Source: Paracoccaceae bacterium
GTDB taxonomy: Bacteria; Pseudomonadota; Alphaproteobacteria; Rhodobacterales; Rhodobacteraceae
Direction of reading: 5' to 3'
DNA: 64,000 bases
Assembly: GCA_016938875.1 (NCBI GenBank)
Contig: JAFGTV010000038.1
Location: 93,770 to 157,769, forward strand
Positions 54,410 through 63,893 of the stretch are shown one piece after another. The number at the start of each line of letters is the position of its first letter. Within the stretch, counting starts at the first letter, position 1. The notes under the pieces were generated by a model. That model did no database searches and was not told the origin of the DNA. It saw only the letters and a program-made list of their open reading frames with translations. Both the position numbers and the translations under genes were made by a program.

Positions 54410-55573
54410 ATGGCCGTTTTTACCATGCCGTCCCTCGGGGCCGATATGGAGGCCGGAACCCTGGTCGAATGGATGATCGCGCCGGGCGACACGGTGAAAC
54501 GCGGCGATATCGTCGCCGTGGTCGAAACCCAGAAGGGCGCCATCGAGATCGAGATTTTCCAAGAGGGCACCGTGGAGCGGCTAGAGGCCGAGGTTGGCCA
54601 GGATCTGCCCGTCGGTGCGCCCCTGGCCCTGATCCGGGGCGCACACGAGGGCGCACCGCAGACCCCGCCGCCGCCCGCCGCATCCGCCCCCGCCGCGCCG
54701 CTTGCCGCCGCACCCGCCCCGTCCCGTCCCGCGGCCCCACCCGCGCAGGCTACGCCTGGCCCCGGTCTCGTCGCGTCACCCGCCGCCCGCGTGCGCGCCG
54801 CGGAACTGGGCGTTGATCTGGCCGGCGTGACCGGCACCGGTCCTGGCGGCGCCATCGTTCTGGCCGATGTCGCACAGGCCGCGCCACCGCCCAAACCCGC
54901 CGATCCCCGCGCCGAGATGCGCAAGGCCATCGCCGCCGCCATGGCCAAGTCCAAGCGCGAGATCCCGCATTACTACCTGTTCCACAGCATTGATCTGCAA
55001 GCCGCCACCGATTGGCTGACCGCCACCAACGCCACCCGCCTGCCGGAAACCCGCCTGCTGATGGGCGCGCTGATCGCCAAGGCCACGGCGCTGGCCGCCG
55101 CAGGGGTGCCCGGCGTGAACGGCCACTATCTGGCGGGTGGGTTTGAACCCGCCCGATCGGTGCATCTGGGCATGGCGGTGGCACTGCGTGGCGGCGGGCT
55201 GATCGCGCCCGCGATCCGCGATGCCGACAGCCTGACGCTGGACCAGATGATGGCGGCGATGCGTGACGCGGTGGCCCGCGCGCGGGCCGGGCGGCTGCGC
55301 AGTTCTGAGCTGACCGATGGCACGATCACCCTTTCCAGCCTGGGCGAAAAAGGGGTCGATGCGATGGCCGGCATCATCTACCCGCCGCAGGTGGCGCTGG
55401 TGGGCTTTGGCACGCCCCGCGCCCAGCCCGCGGCGCAGGACGACGGCACCCTTGCCCCGCGCCAGCGCGTCACCGCCTCGCTCGCCGCCGATCACCGGGC
55501 CAGCGACGGGCGCATCGGCGCGCGTTTCCTGGCCGATATCGCCGACCGCCTGCAACACCCGGAGGAGCTATGA
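54410..55573 (+). CDS. dihydrolipoamide acyltransferase (E2)
   Basis: 387 aa. Lipoyl domain (VVETQKGAIEIE), E3-binding domain (ASPAARVRAAELGVDLAGVTGTGPGG) and catalytic DHRASDG. Confidence 0.9.
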   Translation: MAVFTMPSLGADMEAGTLVEWMIAPGDTVKRGDIVAVVETQKGAIEIEIFQEGTVERLEAEVGQDLPVGAPLALIRGAHEGAPQTPPPPAASAPAAPLAAAPAPSRPAAPPAQATPGPGLVASPAARVRAAELGVDLAGVTGTGPGGAIVLADVAQAAPPPKPADPRAEMRKAIAAAMAKSKREIPHYYLFHSIDLQAATDWLTATNATRLPETRLLMGALIAKATALAAAGVPGVNGHYLAGGFEPARSVHLGMAVALRGGGLIAPAIRDADSLTLDQMMAAMRDAVARARAGRLRSSELTDGTITLSSLGEKGVDAMAGIIYPPQVALVGFGTPRAQPAAQDDGTLAPRQRVTASLAADHRASDGRIGARFLADIADRLQHPEEL

Positions 55574-55818
55574 CAGACCCCGAAATCCGCGCCGCCTTCC
55601 TGGCCGCCCTGAGTGATGTCGCCCCCGATATCGACCCCGCCACCGTGGGCGGGGGCGACCATATCCAGGATGATCTCGAACTTGATTCGATGGACGTGCT
55701 GAACCTGGTGGCCACCCTGCACAAGGCGCTGGGCGTCGACATTCCCGAGGCCGATTATCCCCAGATCGCGACCCTGGATCTTGCCGCCCGCTATCTGGCG
55801 CGCCGACTGGCGAGCTGA
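55570..55818 (+). CDS. acyl carrier protein-like
   Basis: 82 aa. Phosphopantetheine-site motif DLELDSMDVLNLV (Ser codon 55687-55689). ATGA overlap with the E2 stop. Confidence 0.8.
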   Translation: MTDPEIRAAFLAALSDVAPDIDPATVGGGDHIQDDLELDSMDVLNLVATLHKALGVDIPEADYPQIATLDLAARYLARRLAS

Positions 55819-55917
55819 CCCGGTCGGCGCGGCATTCTGGCGAAAATTCCCGGCTCCGCCCCCAGACACCCGCGCAGGGGCTGGACGGCGCGCGAAAATC
55901 CGGCGACATCTTGGGCC

Positions 55918-56361
55918 ATGCTGATCCAGATCACCCTTGGAACCCTGCTGATCCTCGCCACCATCGTGATCGCCGCGCTGGGCTTTTGGATGGGGGAGAC
56001 CCTGATCACCCGCGTCAGCCCCTGGCTGATCCGCCGCCCGCACGCGCCCAAACTGGCGCTGGTGCTGATCGGCGCGGTGCTGGTGGTGTTGGGGGTGCTG
56101 ACGGTCTCGGTCTGGCTGTGGGCCTTTGCGTTTCTGAACCTGGGCGTCTTTTCCACGCTGGAACCGGCGGCCTATTTCTCGCTGGTGGCGTTTACCACGC
56201 TGGGGTTCGGCGACATCCTGTTGCCGATCGAGTGGCGGATCCTGGGGGGCATGGCGGCGGCCAACGGGCTGTTGAACATCGGGCTTTACACCGCGCTGTT
56301 GGTCGAGGCGTTGCGCCGGGTGCGCACCGAACAAGGGCGCGGCGTGGTGGACGACCGCTAG
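55918..56361 (+). CDS. minimal two-TM potassium channel
   Basis: 147 aa. Selectivity filter TTLGFGD between two hydrophobic helices, with no cytoplasmic regulatory domain. Confidence 0.8.
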   Translation: MLIQITLGTLLILATIVIAALGFWMGETLITRVSPWLIRRPHAPKLALVLIGAVLVVLGVLTVSVWLWAFAFLNLGVFSTLEPAAYFSLVAFTTLGFGDILLPIEWRILGGMAAANGLLNIGLYTALLVEALRRVRTEQGRGVVDDR

Positions 56362-56416
56362 CGCGCGCCGTCGCCCCGGTCACGTACCCAAGACCCCTGC
56401 CAGCGCGCGGCGCGCC

Positions 56417-57052
56417 CTATGTCAGATGCACCACATCCCCCCCCGCTGCCTGGGCATCGGCGGCGTCATGGGTGACCAGAAGGACCGGCAAGCCCTTGGC
56501 CCGGGCCCGGTCGAACACCACCGCGCGCACCTGCGCGCGCAGCGCCGCATCCAGCCGCGAAAACGGCTCGTCCAGCAACAGCGCGCGCGGCTCTGCCAGC
56601 AGCATGCGCATCAACGCCACCCGCGCCTTTTGTCCGCCCGACAGGGTGGCGGGGTCGCGCGCCTCGGCGCCTTGCAGCCCGATCTCGGCCAGGGCTGCGG
56701 CGACCCGCGCGCGCCGCGCCGCGCGTCCGCGCACCGATCGCGGCAGGGCAAAGGCCAGGTTGCCGCCGACGCTGAGATGGGGAAACAGCAGCTCTTCCTG
56801 GTAAAGAATGCCGACCCGGCGTGCCTCGGGGGGCAGGGCGGTGATATCGCGCCCGTCCAGGCGCACCTGGCCGGTCATCGTGAACCCCGGCGCCAGGGTG
56901 CCCATGATCGCGGCCAGCAGGGTGGATTTGCCCACGCCCGAGGGCCCCATGACGCTGAGCACCTCGCCGGGTCGCACATGGGCCTCCAGCTGCACCAGCG
57001 CCGCGCCGCCCCGGCTGATCCGCAGCCCTGCCAGTTGCAGCCCCATGCTCAT
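56417..57052 (-). CDS. ABC transporter ATP-binding protein (YnjD-like)
   Basis: 211 aa from ATG 57052 (ATGA overlap). Walker A GPSGVGKST, signature LSGGQKAR, Walker B LLLDEPFS. Confidence 0.85.
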   Translation of the reverse strand: MSMGLQLAGLRISRGGAALVQLEAHVRPGEVLSVMGPSGVGKSTLLAAIMGTLAPGFTMTGQVRLDGRDITALPPEARRVGILYQEELLFPHLSVGGNLAFALPRSVRGRAARRARVAAALAEIGLQGAEARDPATLSGGQKARVALMRMLLAEPRALLLDEPFSRLDAALRAQVRAVVFDRARAKGLPVLLVTHDAADAQAAGGDVVHLT

Positions 57053-58734
57053 GCCCCGCATAGCCCCCGCCGCCTGCGCCACACGATGCGCGGCACCGCC
57101 AGCGCCAGCGCAAATCCCACCACGCTTGCCCCGGTCTGGGCCAATGCGGTCAGCCCGATCAGCCGCCGGTCCCCGCCCGAGGCCAGCGCCACCGCCTCGG
57201 TTGTGAGGGTCTGCACCCGGCCCGCCCCGATCAGCAGCGTGGGCAGGTATTGCCCCACCGACACCGCCAACCCCACCGCCATGGCCCCCAGCGCCGGGGC
57301 CAGCAGCATCGGCATCCGCACCGCCCAGAACACCCGCCCCGGCCCGGCACCCAGCGCGGCCGCGACCGTGGCATGGCGCGCGTCCCAGGCCCGCCAGGGC
57401 GCAGCCAGGGTCAGAAATACATATGGCAGCACGAAAACCAGGTGACCCAGGATCACCGCGCCGCGACCCATATCGGCCCCGCCCATCAGCGCCAGCGTCT
57501 GCACCCCCGGCAGGAACGCCACCTGCGGCACCACCAGCGGCAGGTAAAGCAGCCACAGGCTGCGCGCGCCGGGGGTCAGGCCAAAGCGGTGTTCCGCCTC
57601 CAGGCAGGCCAGCACCAGCGCCAGCGCCAGCGCGGTCGCCGCCCCGGCAATTAACAGCGTCTCGCGCGCCGGGGCGATCAGGGCCGGGCCATGGCGGGCC
57701 CAGCTTTTCAGGCTGACCGTGTCGGGCAGCGCCTCGGGAAATCCCCAAAGCCCGGCCACCGACCACAGCCCCAGCCCGGCCAGCCCGGCCACCACCGCCC
57801 CCGCCGCCAGCCCCGCCAATGCCAGGCCAGCGCCGCGCGCGGCCCCCTCGCCATGGCGCCGCGCCCCGCCCTCGGCCCAACGGCGGCCCAACGTGCCGAT
57901 CGCGATCTCGCCCAGCCGCCAGCCCGCCAGCGCGATCGCCACCAGGGCCAGTTGCACCACCGCGCCGGCCGCCGCCTGAAACCGCAGCGACAGGTCGGGA
58001 TCGGACATCCAGCGCACCACCTGCACAGCAAGGGGCGGCGGCGTGTTGGGCCCCAGGATGATCGCCACGTCCACGACCGACATCGAATAGGCCAGCACCG
58101 CATAGACCGGCAGGCGGATCTGGGCATAAACGGCCGGAAATACCGCCTTGAGCCAGCCAGTGACGCGGCCATAGCCCAGCGCGCGCGCGATGCGCAGCCT
58201 GGGGCCGGGGCGGGCCTGGGGCAGGGCGGCCAGCAGCATCAACAGCACGAACGGCACCTCTTTGATGACCAGCCCGGCCACCATCGCCAACCCCCAGGGA
58301 TCCTGCACGATCAACAGGTCAGCTGGCCGCGTCCAGCCCGTCGCCCAGGGTGACAGCGCCCGCGCGATCCACCCCGAGGGCGCGATCAGAAACGCCAGCC
58401 CAAAGGCCGCCGCCGCATGGGGGACCGCCAAGAGCGGCGCCAGCGCCCGCTCTATCCCCGCCATCGCGCGGGTGCCCTGCCATCCGGCGGCAAAGAGCGT
58501 CACGATGCCCAGCGAGATCAGCGTGGCCGCAACCCCGGTGAACAGCGACAGGAAAACCGCGCGCCCCAGCCCCGGCCAGGCGGCCAGCGCGGCAAAGGGC
58601 GCCAGGCTCAGCCGGGTGCCGCCCAGCGCCGGGAATACGCCCAGCGCCGGGGCCAGCGTACCGATCAGCCCCGCCGCCACCGGCCCCAACATCAGCGCCA
58701 GCGTCAGGCCGGGGGCTGCGCGCAGGGCCCGCAT
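57049..58734 (-). CDS. ABC transporter permease, duplicated 2x6-TM type (YnjC/ThiP-like)
   Basis: 561 aa, with two tandem permease modules. Confidence 0.85.
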   Translation of the reverse strand: MRALRAAPGLTLALMLGPVAAGLIGTLAPALGVFPALGGTRLSLAPFAALAAWPGLGRAVFLSLFTGVAATLISLGIVTLFAAGWQGTRAMAGIERALAPLLAVPHAAAAFGLAFLIAPSGWIARALSPWATGWTRPADLLIVQDPWGLAMVAGLVIKEVPFVLLMLLAALPQARPGPRLRIARALGYGRVTGWLKAVFPAVYAQIRLPVYAVLAYSMSVVDVAIILGPNTPPPLAVQVVRWMSDPDLSLRFQAAAGAVVQLALVAIALAGWRLGEIAIGTLGRRWAEGGARRHGEGAARGAGLALAGLAAGAVVAGLAGLGLWSVAGLWGFPEALPDTVSLKSWARHGPALIAPARETLLIAGAATALALALVLACLEAEHRFGLTPGARSLWLLYLPLVVPQVAFLPGVQTLALMGGADMGRGAVILGHLVFVLPYVFLTLAAPWRAWDARHATVAAALGAGPGRVFWAVRMPMLLAPALGAMAVGLAVSVGQYLPTLLIGAGRVQTLTTEAVALASGGDRRLIGLTALAQTGASVVGFALALAVPRIVWRRRRGLCGA

Positions 58735-58737
58735 CGG

Positions 58738-59949
58738 CTAGTCGGCCACGCCGTAACGTGCGCTCCAGTCGGCCTCGATCCTGGTCATCCAACTGGGATG
58801 CGGTTCGGGCAGGGTGGGGCCCAGGGCCTCGGGGGACAGGGTCGCGATGCCCAACTCCAGCGCGTCGAACCGGGCGCGGTCCTCGGGGGGCAGGCTGTCC
58901 AGCGCCAGAACCGTGCCATAGCCCAGCACGACGGGATCCTGGGCGCGGGCCTGTGCCTCGGGCGACAGCAGGAAATCGGCCAGCACCATGGCCCCGGCCT
59001 TGGCGGTGGCATTATAGGGGATCGCCACGAAACTGGCGTTGCCGATGGTGCCCCCCTCCATCACATAGCTGCGCACGGTGTCGGGCAACTGGCCGTTGGC
59101 AATCGCTGCAGAGGCCTCTCCGGGACTGAAGGAAATCGCCAGATCGATCTCGCCATCGGCCATCAGCTGCAACTGGCGCGGCCCGGTCTGCGGATAGGCC
59201 CGGCCCTGGCGCCACAGATGCGGGGTCAGCGCATCCATAAAGGCCCAAAGCGGCGCGGTGACGGCGTCGTAGTCAACCTCGTCCACCGGCGATTGCAGAA
59301 CCGTCGGGTCCGCGATCATCCCGTAAAGCGCCTGTTTCATGAATGTCGCGCCCAGAAAATCGGGCGGTTGGGGAAAGGTGAACCGGCCCGGATCGCGCGC
59401 CGCCCAGTCCAGCAGGGCGGACATGCTCGGCGGCGGCTCGGGCAGGCGGGCCGTGTCGTAGTAGAACACCACCTGCGCCATCGCCCAAGGGGCCTCCAGC
59501 CCCTCGGTGGGGACGGTGAAATCGGCGGTGACGGCGGGCTTTCCCTCGACATCCACATAGGTCCAGTTCGGCAGATCCTCGGCCCAGGGTCCAAAAAGCA
59601 GGCCGTTTTTCTTCATCGCGGCGAAATTGGCCCCGTTGATCCAGATCAGGTCAATCGCGCCGCCGGTATCCTTGCCGGCGGTCTTTTCGGCCAGGACCCG
59701 GCTGACCGCATCGCCGGTATCGGCCAGCTTTACATGCACCACGTTCACGCCATAGCGATCCTTCACGACATCGCCGGCCCAGCGGATGAAGTCGTTGGTC
59801 GCACTCGCCCCGCCCCAGGCGTTCCAATAGACGGTCTGGCCGCGCGCCTCGTCCAGCACGGCGGGCCAGTCGGCGGGGTCGGGATTGGCCACCGCGGGGG
59901 TGGCGGAACAAAGTGCCAGGGTGGCGATCAGTCGGGGGATGGCACGCAT
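58738..59949 (-). CDS. ABC transporter substrate-binding protein (YnjB-like)
   Basis: 403 aa from ATG 59949 (AGGAGA RBS) with a signal peptide. VYWNAWGGAS...IDLIWINGANF pattern. Confidence 0.8.
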   Translation of the reverse strand: MRAIPRLIATLALCSATPAVANPDPADWPAVLDEARGQTVYWNAWGGASATNDFIRWAGDVVKDRYGVNVVHVKLADTGDAVSRVLAEKTAGKDTGGAIDLIWINGANFAAMKKNGLLFGPWAEDLPNWTYVDVEGKPAVTADFTVPTEGLEAPWAMAQVVFYYDTARLPEPPPSMSALLDWAARDPGRFTFPQPPDFLGATFMKQALYGMIADPTVLQSPVDEVDYDAVTAPLWAFMDALTPHLWRQGRAYPQTGPRQLQLMADGEIDLAISFSPGEASAAIANGQLPDTVRSYVMEGGTIGNASFVAIPYNATAKAGAMVLADFLLSPEAQARAQDPVVLGYGTVLALDSLPPEDRARFDALELGIATLSPEALGPTLPEPHPSWMTRIEADWSARYGVAD

Positions 59950-60151
59950 TGGGCGGATCTCCTGCAAACTCCTGGCCCCCGTTATGCCAAGGGTTTGCAG
60001 GGAAACGAAATAGCGTGATGGCAAAAAACCGTGTGAATCCGTGTCGGGCTGACGGGGCCGCCCCTTTGTCCCGGGGCAAATACCCAAAACGTGCCCCTCA
60101 GGGCGCGCCCGGCCCGCACCGCACAGGCCGCGCAGGCGGGCGGGGCCGCCC

Positions 60152-61585
60152 CTAGGCCGCCAGGCGGGCCGCGTCCGTGCGCCCTTCGACCAGCACCGCG
60201 TGCAGGGCGCGGATCGCGTCCTCCATCCGTTCGCGGGGCACCACGAACTGGGCGTCCACGTCGCGGGTGGTCTGCTGCACTGCAACCAGGTCGATCCCGG
60301 CATCCTCCAGCGCGCTGAGACCGCGCAACAGCACCCGCAGCCCCGACAGGTCGCGCCCGATCGCGGCGACCACGGCCAGGTTGCGCGCGTTCAGCGCCGC
60401 GGTGGGATAGCGCCCGGCCAGGTCGCGTTCGACCCGGCGCACGGATTTCAGCGGCGCGTCCAGGTAATGGGTGATCGTGTTGGCGTTCGAGGTCTTGGCG
60501 ACGATGCGCACCCTGTGGCGGGTCAGCACGTCCAGGATGGCGGTGTCATAGCCCTTGACCCCCACCATGTCCTGTTCGAACAGCTCCAGCGCATAGACGC
60601 CCAGCCCGGTCACCATCTCGACCCGCGCCGGGCCTGCCTCGGCCTCGTCGATCAGGGTGCCGGGGTCGTGCGGCTCGAACGCGTTGGTGACGCGCAGCGG
60701 GATGCCGGCCTGGCGCAGCATCTTGGCGGCCTTGGGGTGCACGGCCTCCATCCCCATGTTCGACAGCTGATCGGCCACGTCGTAGTTGGTGTGGCCCAGC
60801 TTGACGACGTTTTCCGCCCCCACCAGTTTGGGATCGGCAGAGGAGAGGTGGAATTCCTTGTGGATGATCGCCTCGGCGGCGCCGGTCAGGGCGGCGATCT
60901 TGGAAAAGGTCACCTCGGAATAGCCGCGGTCGAACTCGGCCATCAGCCCCTCGGTGCATTGGGCATAGCCGGTGACGATCGGCATTTCGCGGGTCAGATC
61001 GACATCGGCCAGCCCGGCGGTGATGCGTTGCTCCAGCGTGCATTCGTGTTCGTCGCGCCACCCCGACAAATCGACGAAACGGGCATCGACCCCGGCCCGG
61101 CGCAGCATGGATGCGGTGACAAAGGCCGAATGTGCCTCGCCCAGGCCCGACAACAGCTCTCGGATCACGGCCATGTGGCTGGACAGGCGGAAATGACCAT
61201 AGGAACACAGCCGCTGCAAGTCGATCAGGCACGAGCGCGCGCCCTCGATCCGCTCGCGCACGAAATCGTCGGCGGCGGCGCGGTCGGCGGGATGCTCCAG
61301 CACCTCGTCCTGGGCGGTGCGCATGGCCTCGGCCACGGTGTTCAGCGCGTCTGACCAGCCGTGATCGTTATCGGCGTTGGAAAACAGCCCATAAACGCCC
61401 GGCGTGCCGGATTTCTTGTGCTCCAGCAGCAGGTCGGTGATCCCGCCAAAGGCCGAGACCACGAAGATCCGGTTATAAAGCTCGCCGCCGGTGCGCGCGC
61501 CCATGAACAGGCTGTCGCGCAGGGTGTGAACGCGGCTCATCGAGGTGCCGCCGATCTTTTCGACGGTATGGGTGGGGGTGCTCAC
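60152..61585 (-). CDS. ask: ectoine-cluster aspartate kinase (Ask_Ect type)
   Basis: VEKIGGTSMS N-terminus and ACT domains at the C-terminus. Start uncertain: GTG 61585, or upstream ATGs to 61669 that would overlap ectC. Confidence 0.85.
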   Translation of the reverse strand: MSTPTHTVEKIGGTSMSRVHTLRDSLFMGARTGGELYNRIFVVSAFGGITDLLLEHKKSGTPGVYGLFSNADNDHGWSDALNTVAEAMRTAQDEVLEHPADRAAADDFVRERIEGARSCLIDLQRLCSYGHFRLSSHMAVIRELLSGLGEAHSAFVTASMLRRAGVDARFVDLSGWRDEHECTLEQRITAGLADVDLTREMPIVTGYAQCTEGLMAEFDRGYSEVTFSKIAALTGAAEAIIHKEFHLSSADPKLVGAENVVKLGHTNYDVADQLSNMGMEAVHPKAAKMLRQAGIPLRVTNAFEPHDPGTLIDEAEAGPARVEMVTGLGVYALELFEQDMVGVKGYDTAILDVLTRHRVRIVAKTSNANTITHYLDAPLKSVRRVERDLAGRYPTAALNARNLAVVAAIGRDLSGLRVLLRGLSALEDAGIDLVAVQQTTRDVDAQFVVPRERMEDAIRALHAVLVEGRTDAARLAA

Positions 61586-61631
61586 GACATGTTCACCGCC
61601 CGGGTTGACCCCGGGGGTGCCTTTGATCGGG

Positions 61632-62027
61632 TCAACTGGCAAGGGCATCGGCCGGGGCATAGGAGCCATCCTCGCGGTGCACCTCGGTTCCGGTGACGGG
61701 CGGGTTGAAGCAGCAGGCCATCACCAGGTCCTCGTCGGCGCGCAGGGTGTGGTGGTCATGCTGGTCCAGCGCATACATCACGCCGGGATGGATCGCGAAC
61801 CGCTCGCCCGAGGTCAGATCGGTGATCTCGCCCCGGCCCGACATGCAGTAGACGCTCTCGAAATGGTGCTTGTAGTGAAAGGTATGCTCGGACCCGGCCT
61901 TGAGCGTGGTGATGTGAAAGGAAAAGCCCATCCCGTCATCGGCCAGCAGCATGCGAACACTGGTCCATTGCGCGTCGGAAACCGCCCGGTTGGTGTCTTT
62001 CAGTTTGTTGAAATCACGTACAATCAT
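61632..62027 (-). CDS. ectC: L-ectoine synthase
   Basis: 131 aa cupin: MIVRDFNKLKDTNR...WTSVRMLLADDGMGFSFHITT. Confidence 0.95.
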   Translation of the reverse strand: MIVRDFNKLKDTNRAVSDAQWTSVRMLLADDGMGFSFHITTLKAGSEHTFHYKHHFESVYCMSGRGEITDLTSGERFAIHPGVMYALDQHDHHTLRADEDLVMACCFNPPVTGTEVHREDGSYAPADALAS

Positions 62028-62031
62028 GGGG

Positions 62032-63318
62032 TTACTCCGCCGCCATCTGAAAAGGGACCAGGGTCTCGACCGCGTTTTCGAGGATGTCGAGACCTTGCTT
62101 GAATTGCGCCATCGGGATGGTCAGCGGTGCCAGCACCTTGACCACCTCGTCATGGGCGCCCGAGGTTTCGATGATCAGCCCGTGGCGGAACGCCTCGGCG
62201 CAGATCTGCCCGGCCAGATCGCCCGACCCGACATCGACGCCGCGCATCATGCCGCGCCCCTTGATCTGGGCACCGGGGATGCGTGAGACGATGGAATTCA
62301 GCCGCTCCTCCAGCACCTGGGATTTCAGCGCGATCTGGTTGCGCAGCCGATCATCGGCCCAGAATTTTTCCAGCGCGACGGTCGCGGTGACGAACGCATG
62401 GGTGTTGCCGCGGAACGTGCCGTTATGCTCGGCCGGTTTCCAGATGTCATGCTCGGGCCGGATCAGCACACAGGCAAAGGGCAGGCCAAAGCCCGACAGC
62501 GACTTGGCCAGGGTGACCATGTCGGGTTCGATCCCCATGTGGTCAAAGCTGAAAAAGCTGCCGGTGCGGCCGATCCCGGCCTGGATGTCATCGACGATCA
62601 ACAACGCGCCATGCGCCTTGGCGATCCGTGCCAGGCCGCGCACCCACTCGGCGCTGGCGGCGTTCAGCCCGCCCTCGCCCTGGACCAGTTCCACGACGAA
62701 AGCGGCGGCAGGTTCGATCCCCGACGAGGGGTTGTCCAGCATGGTCTCGATATAGGCCAGCGTATCGAGATCGCCCAACGCCCCCTCGTAGGGCATGCGG
62801 GTGACATCGTTCAGCGACACGCCGCCCGCGCCCGCGCGCTTGCCCGCGTTGCCGGTCAGCGCCAGTGCGCCCAGCGTCATGCCGTGAAAGCCGTTGGTGA
62901 ACGAGATGACGTTGCGCCGCCCGGTGACCTTGCGCGCCAGCTTGATCGCGGCCTCGACGGCGTTGGTGCCGGTGGGACCGGTCATCATCACCCGGTGGTC
63001 CATGCCACGCGGGCGCAGGATCACCGAGTCGAAGGTCTCCAGAAAGGCGGCCTTTTGCTCGGAATGCAGGTCCAGCCCGTGGGCGATGCCATCGGCGCCG
63101 ATATGCTCGACCAGCGCCTGTTTCATGTCGGGGTCGTTATGGCCATAGTTCAGCGACGAACAACCCGCCAGAAAGTCGATATACTCGTTGCCGTCGGCAT
63201 CGGTCAGGGTCGCGCCGCTGGCCTTGGCGATGCTGAACGGAAAGCTGCGGCAATAGCTGCGCGCCTGCGATTCGCGACGTTCATAGATGGTGGGTTCGGC
63301 TGTCTTGGCAGTCGACAT
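62032..63318 (-). CDS. ectB: diaminobutyrate--2-oxoglutarate transaminase
   Basis: 428 aa class-III aminotransferase: YERRESQARSYCRSFP...LIVDDIQAGIGRTGSFFSF...LAKSLSG. Confidence 0.95.
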   Translation of the reverse strand: MSTAKTAEPTIYERRESQARSYCRSFPFSIAKASGATLTDADGNEYIDFLAGCSSLNYGHNDPDMKQALVEHIGADGIAHGLDLHSEQKAAFLETFDSVILRPRGMDHRVMMTGPTGTNAVEAAIKLARKVTGRRNVISFTNGFHGMTLGALALTGNAGKRAGAGGVSLNDVTRMPYEGALGDLDTLAYIETMLDNPSSGIEPAAAFVVELVQGEGGLNAASAEWVRGLARIAKAHGALLIVDDIQAGIGRTGSFFSFDHMGIEPDMVTLAKSLSGFGLPFACVLIRPEHDIWKPAEHNGTFRGNTHAFVTATVALEKFWADDRLRNQIALKSQVLEERLNSIVSRIPGAQIKGRGMMRGVDVGSGDLAGQICAEAFRHGLIIETSGAHDEVVKVLAPLTIPMAQFKQGLDILENAVETLVPFQMAAE

Positions 63319-63359
63319 GGGGTATCCTCTGTTTGGGAAATTTTGGGGGCGGGCGGGCC

Positions 63360-63893
63360 TCAGGCGGCCAGGCGCAGGGGCTCGGCCAGGCGGATCGTCA
63401 CCATGTGTTCGGTGGCATGGCGGCCCTGGAAATGGTCGTCGCGGGTGAAATGCGGCTCATCCTCCAGCGCGGCGCCCAGACGCTTGGCGATGCCCCGGAA
63501 CAGGCCCCACGAGGCGGCGTTGTCGCGCGTGATCGTGGTGTTCATCCGCATCACCTCGGCACAGGCGTCACGTTCCAGCAGGGCGTAAAGCATCTTGCGC
63601 CCCAGCCCGCGGCCGCGCGCCAGCGGCGACACCGCGACCTGCCACACGAACAGCGTGTCCGGGTCGCTGGGCGGGATATAGGCCGAGATCCAGCCGACGA
63701 CCTGTCCGTTCATTTCCGCCAGGATGCAGGTGTCGCGGAAATGATCGCACTGGATCAGGTTGCAATAGAGCGAGTTTTCGTCGAGCGGCTTGCAGTCGCG
63801 CACCAAGGCCCAGACCGCCGCGCCGTCCGCATCCGTCGGCTTGCGCAACGTGATCGGGGCACCCTTTGCGGGCAAGAGAGTCGTATCGGGCAT
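63360..63893 (-). CDS. ectA: L-2,4-diaminobutyrate acetyltransferase
   Basis: 177 aa GNAT: LDENSLYCNLIQCDHF...VAVSPLARGRGLGRKML. Confidence 0.9.
   Translation of the reverse strand: MPDTTLLPAKGAPITLRKPTDADGAAVWALVRDCKPLDENSLYCNLIQCDHFRDTCILAEMNGQVVGWISAYIPPSDPDTLFVWQVAVSPLARGRGLGRKMLYALLERDACAEVMRMNTTITRDNAASWGLFRGIAKRLGAALEDEPHFTRDDHFQGRHATEHMVTIRLAEPLRLAA

Noticed and set aside
52189-54954. 921-aa minus-strand ORF
   Set aside because: It is antisense to the fused E1 and E2 genes, which have intact TPP, lipoyl and DHRxxDG motifs. The composition is Arg/Gly/Ala-rich with no domain signature.
58417-63588. Plus-strand ORFs 58417..60018, 60200..61354 and 62398..63588
   Set aside because: They are antisense to the YnjB-like binding protein, the aspartate kinase and ectB respectively. 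These are shadow ORFs.
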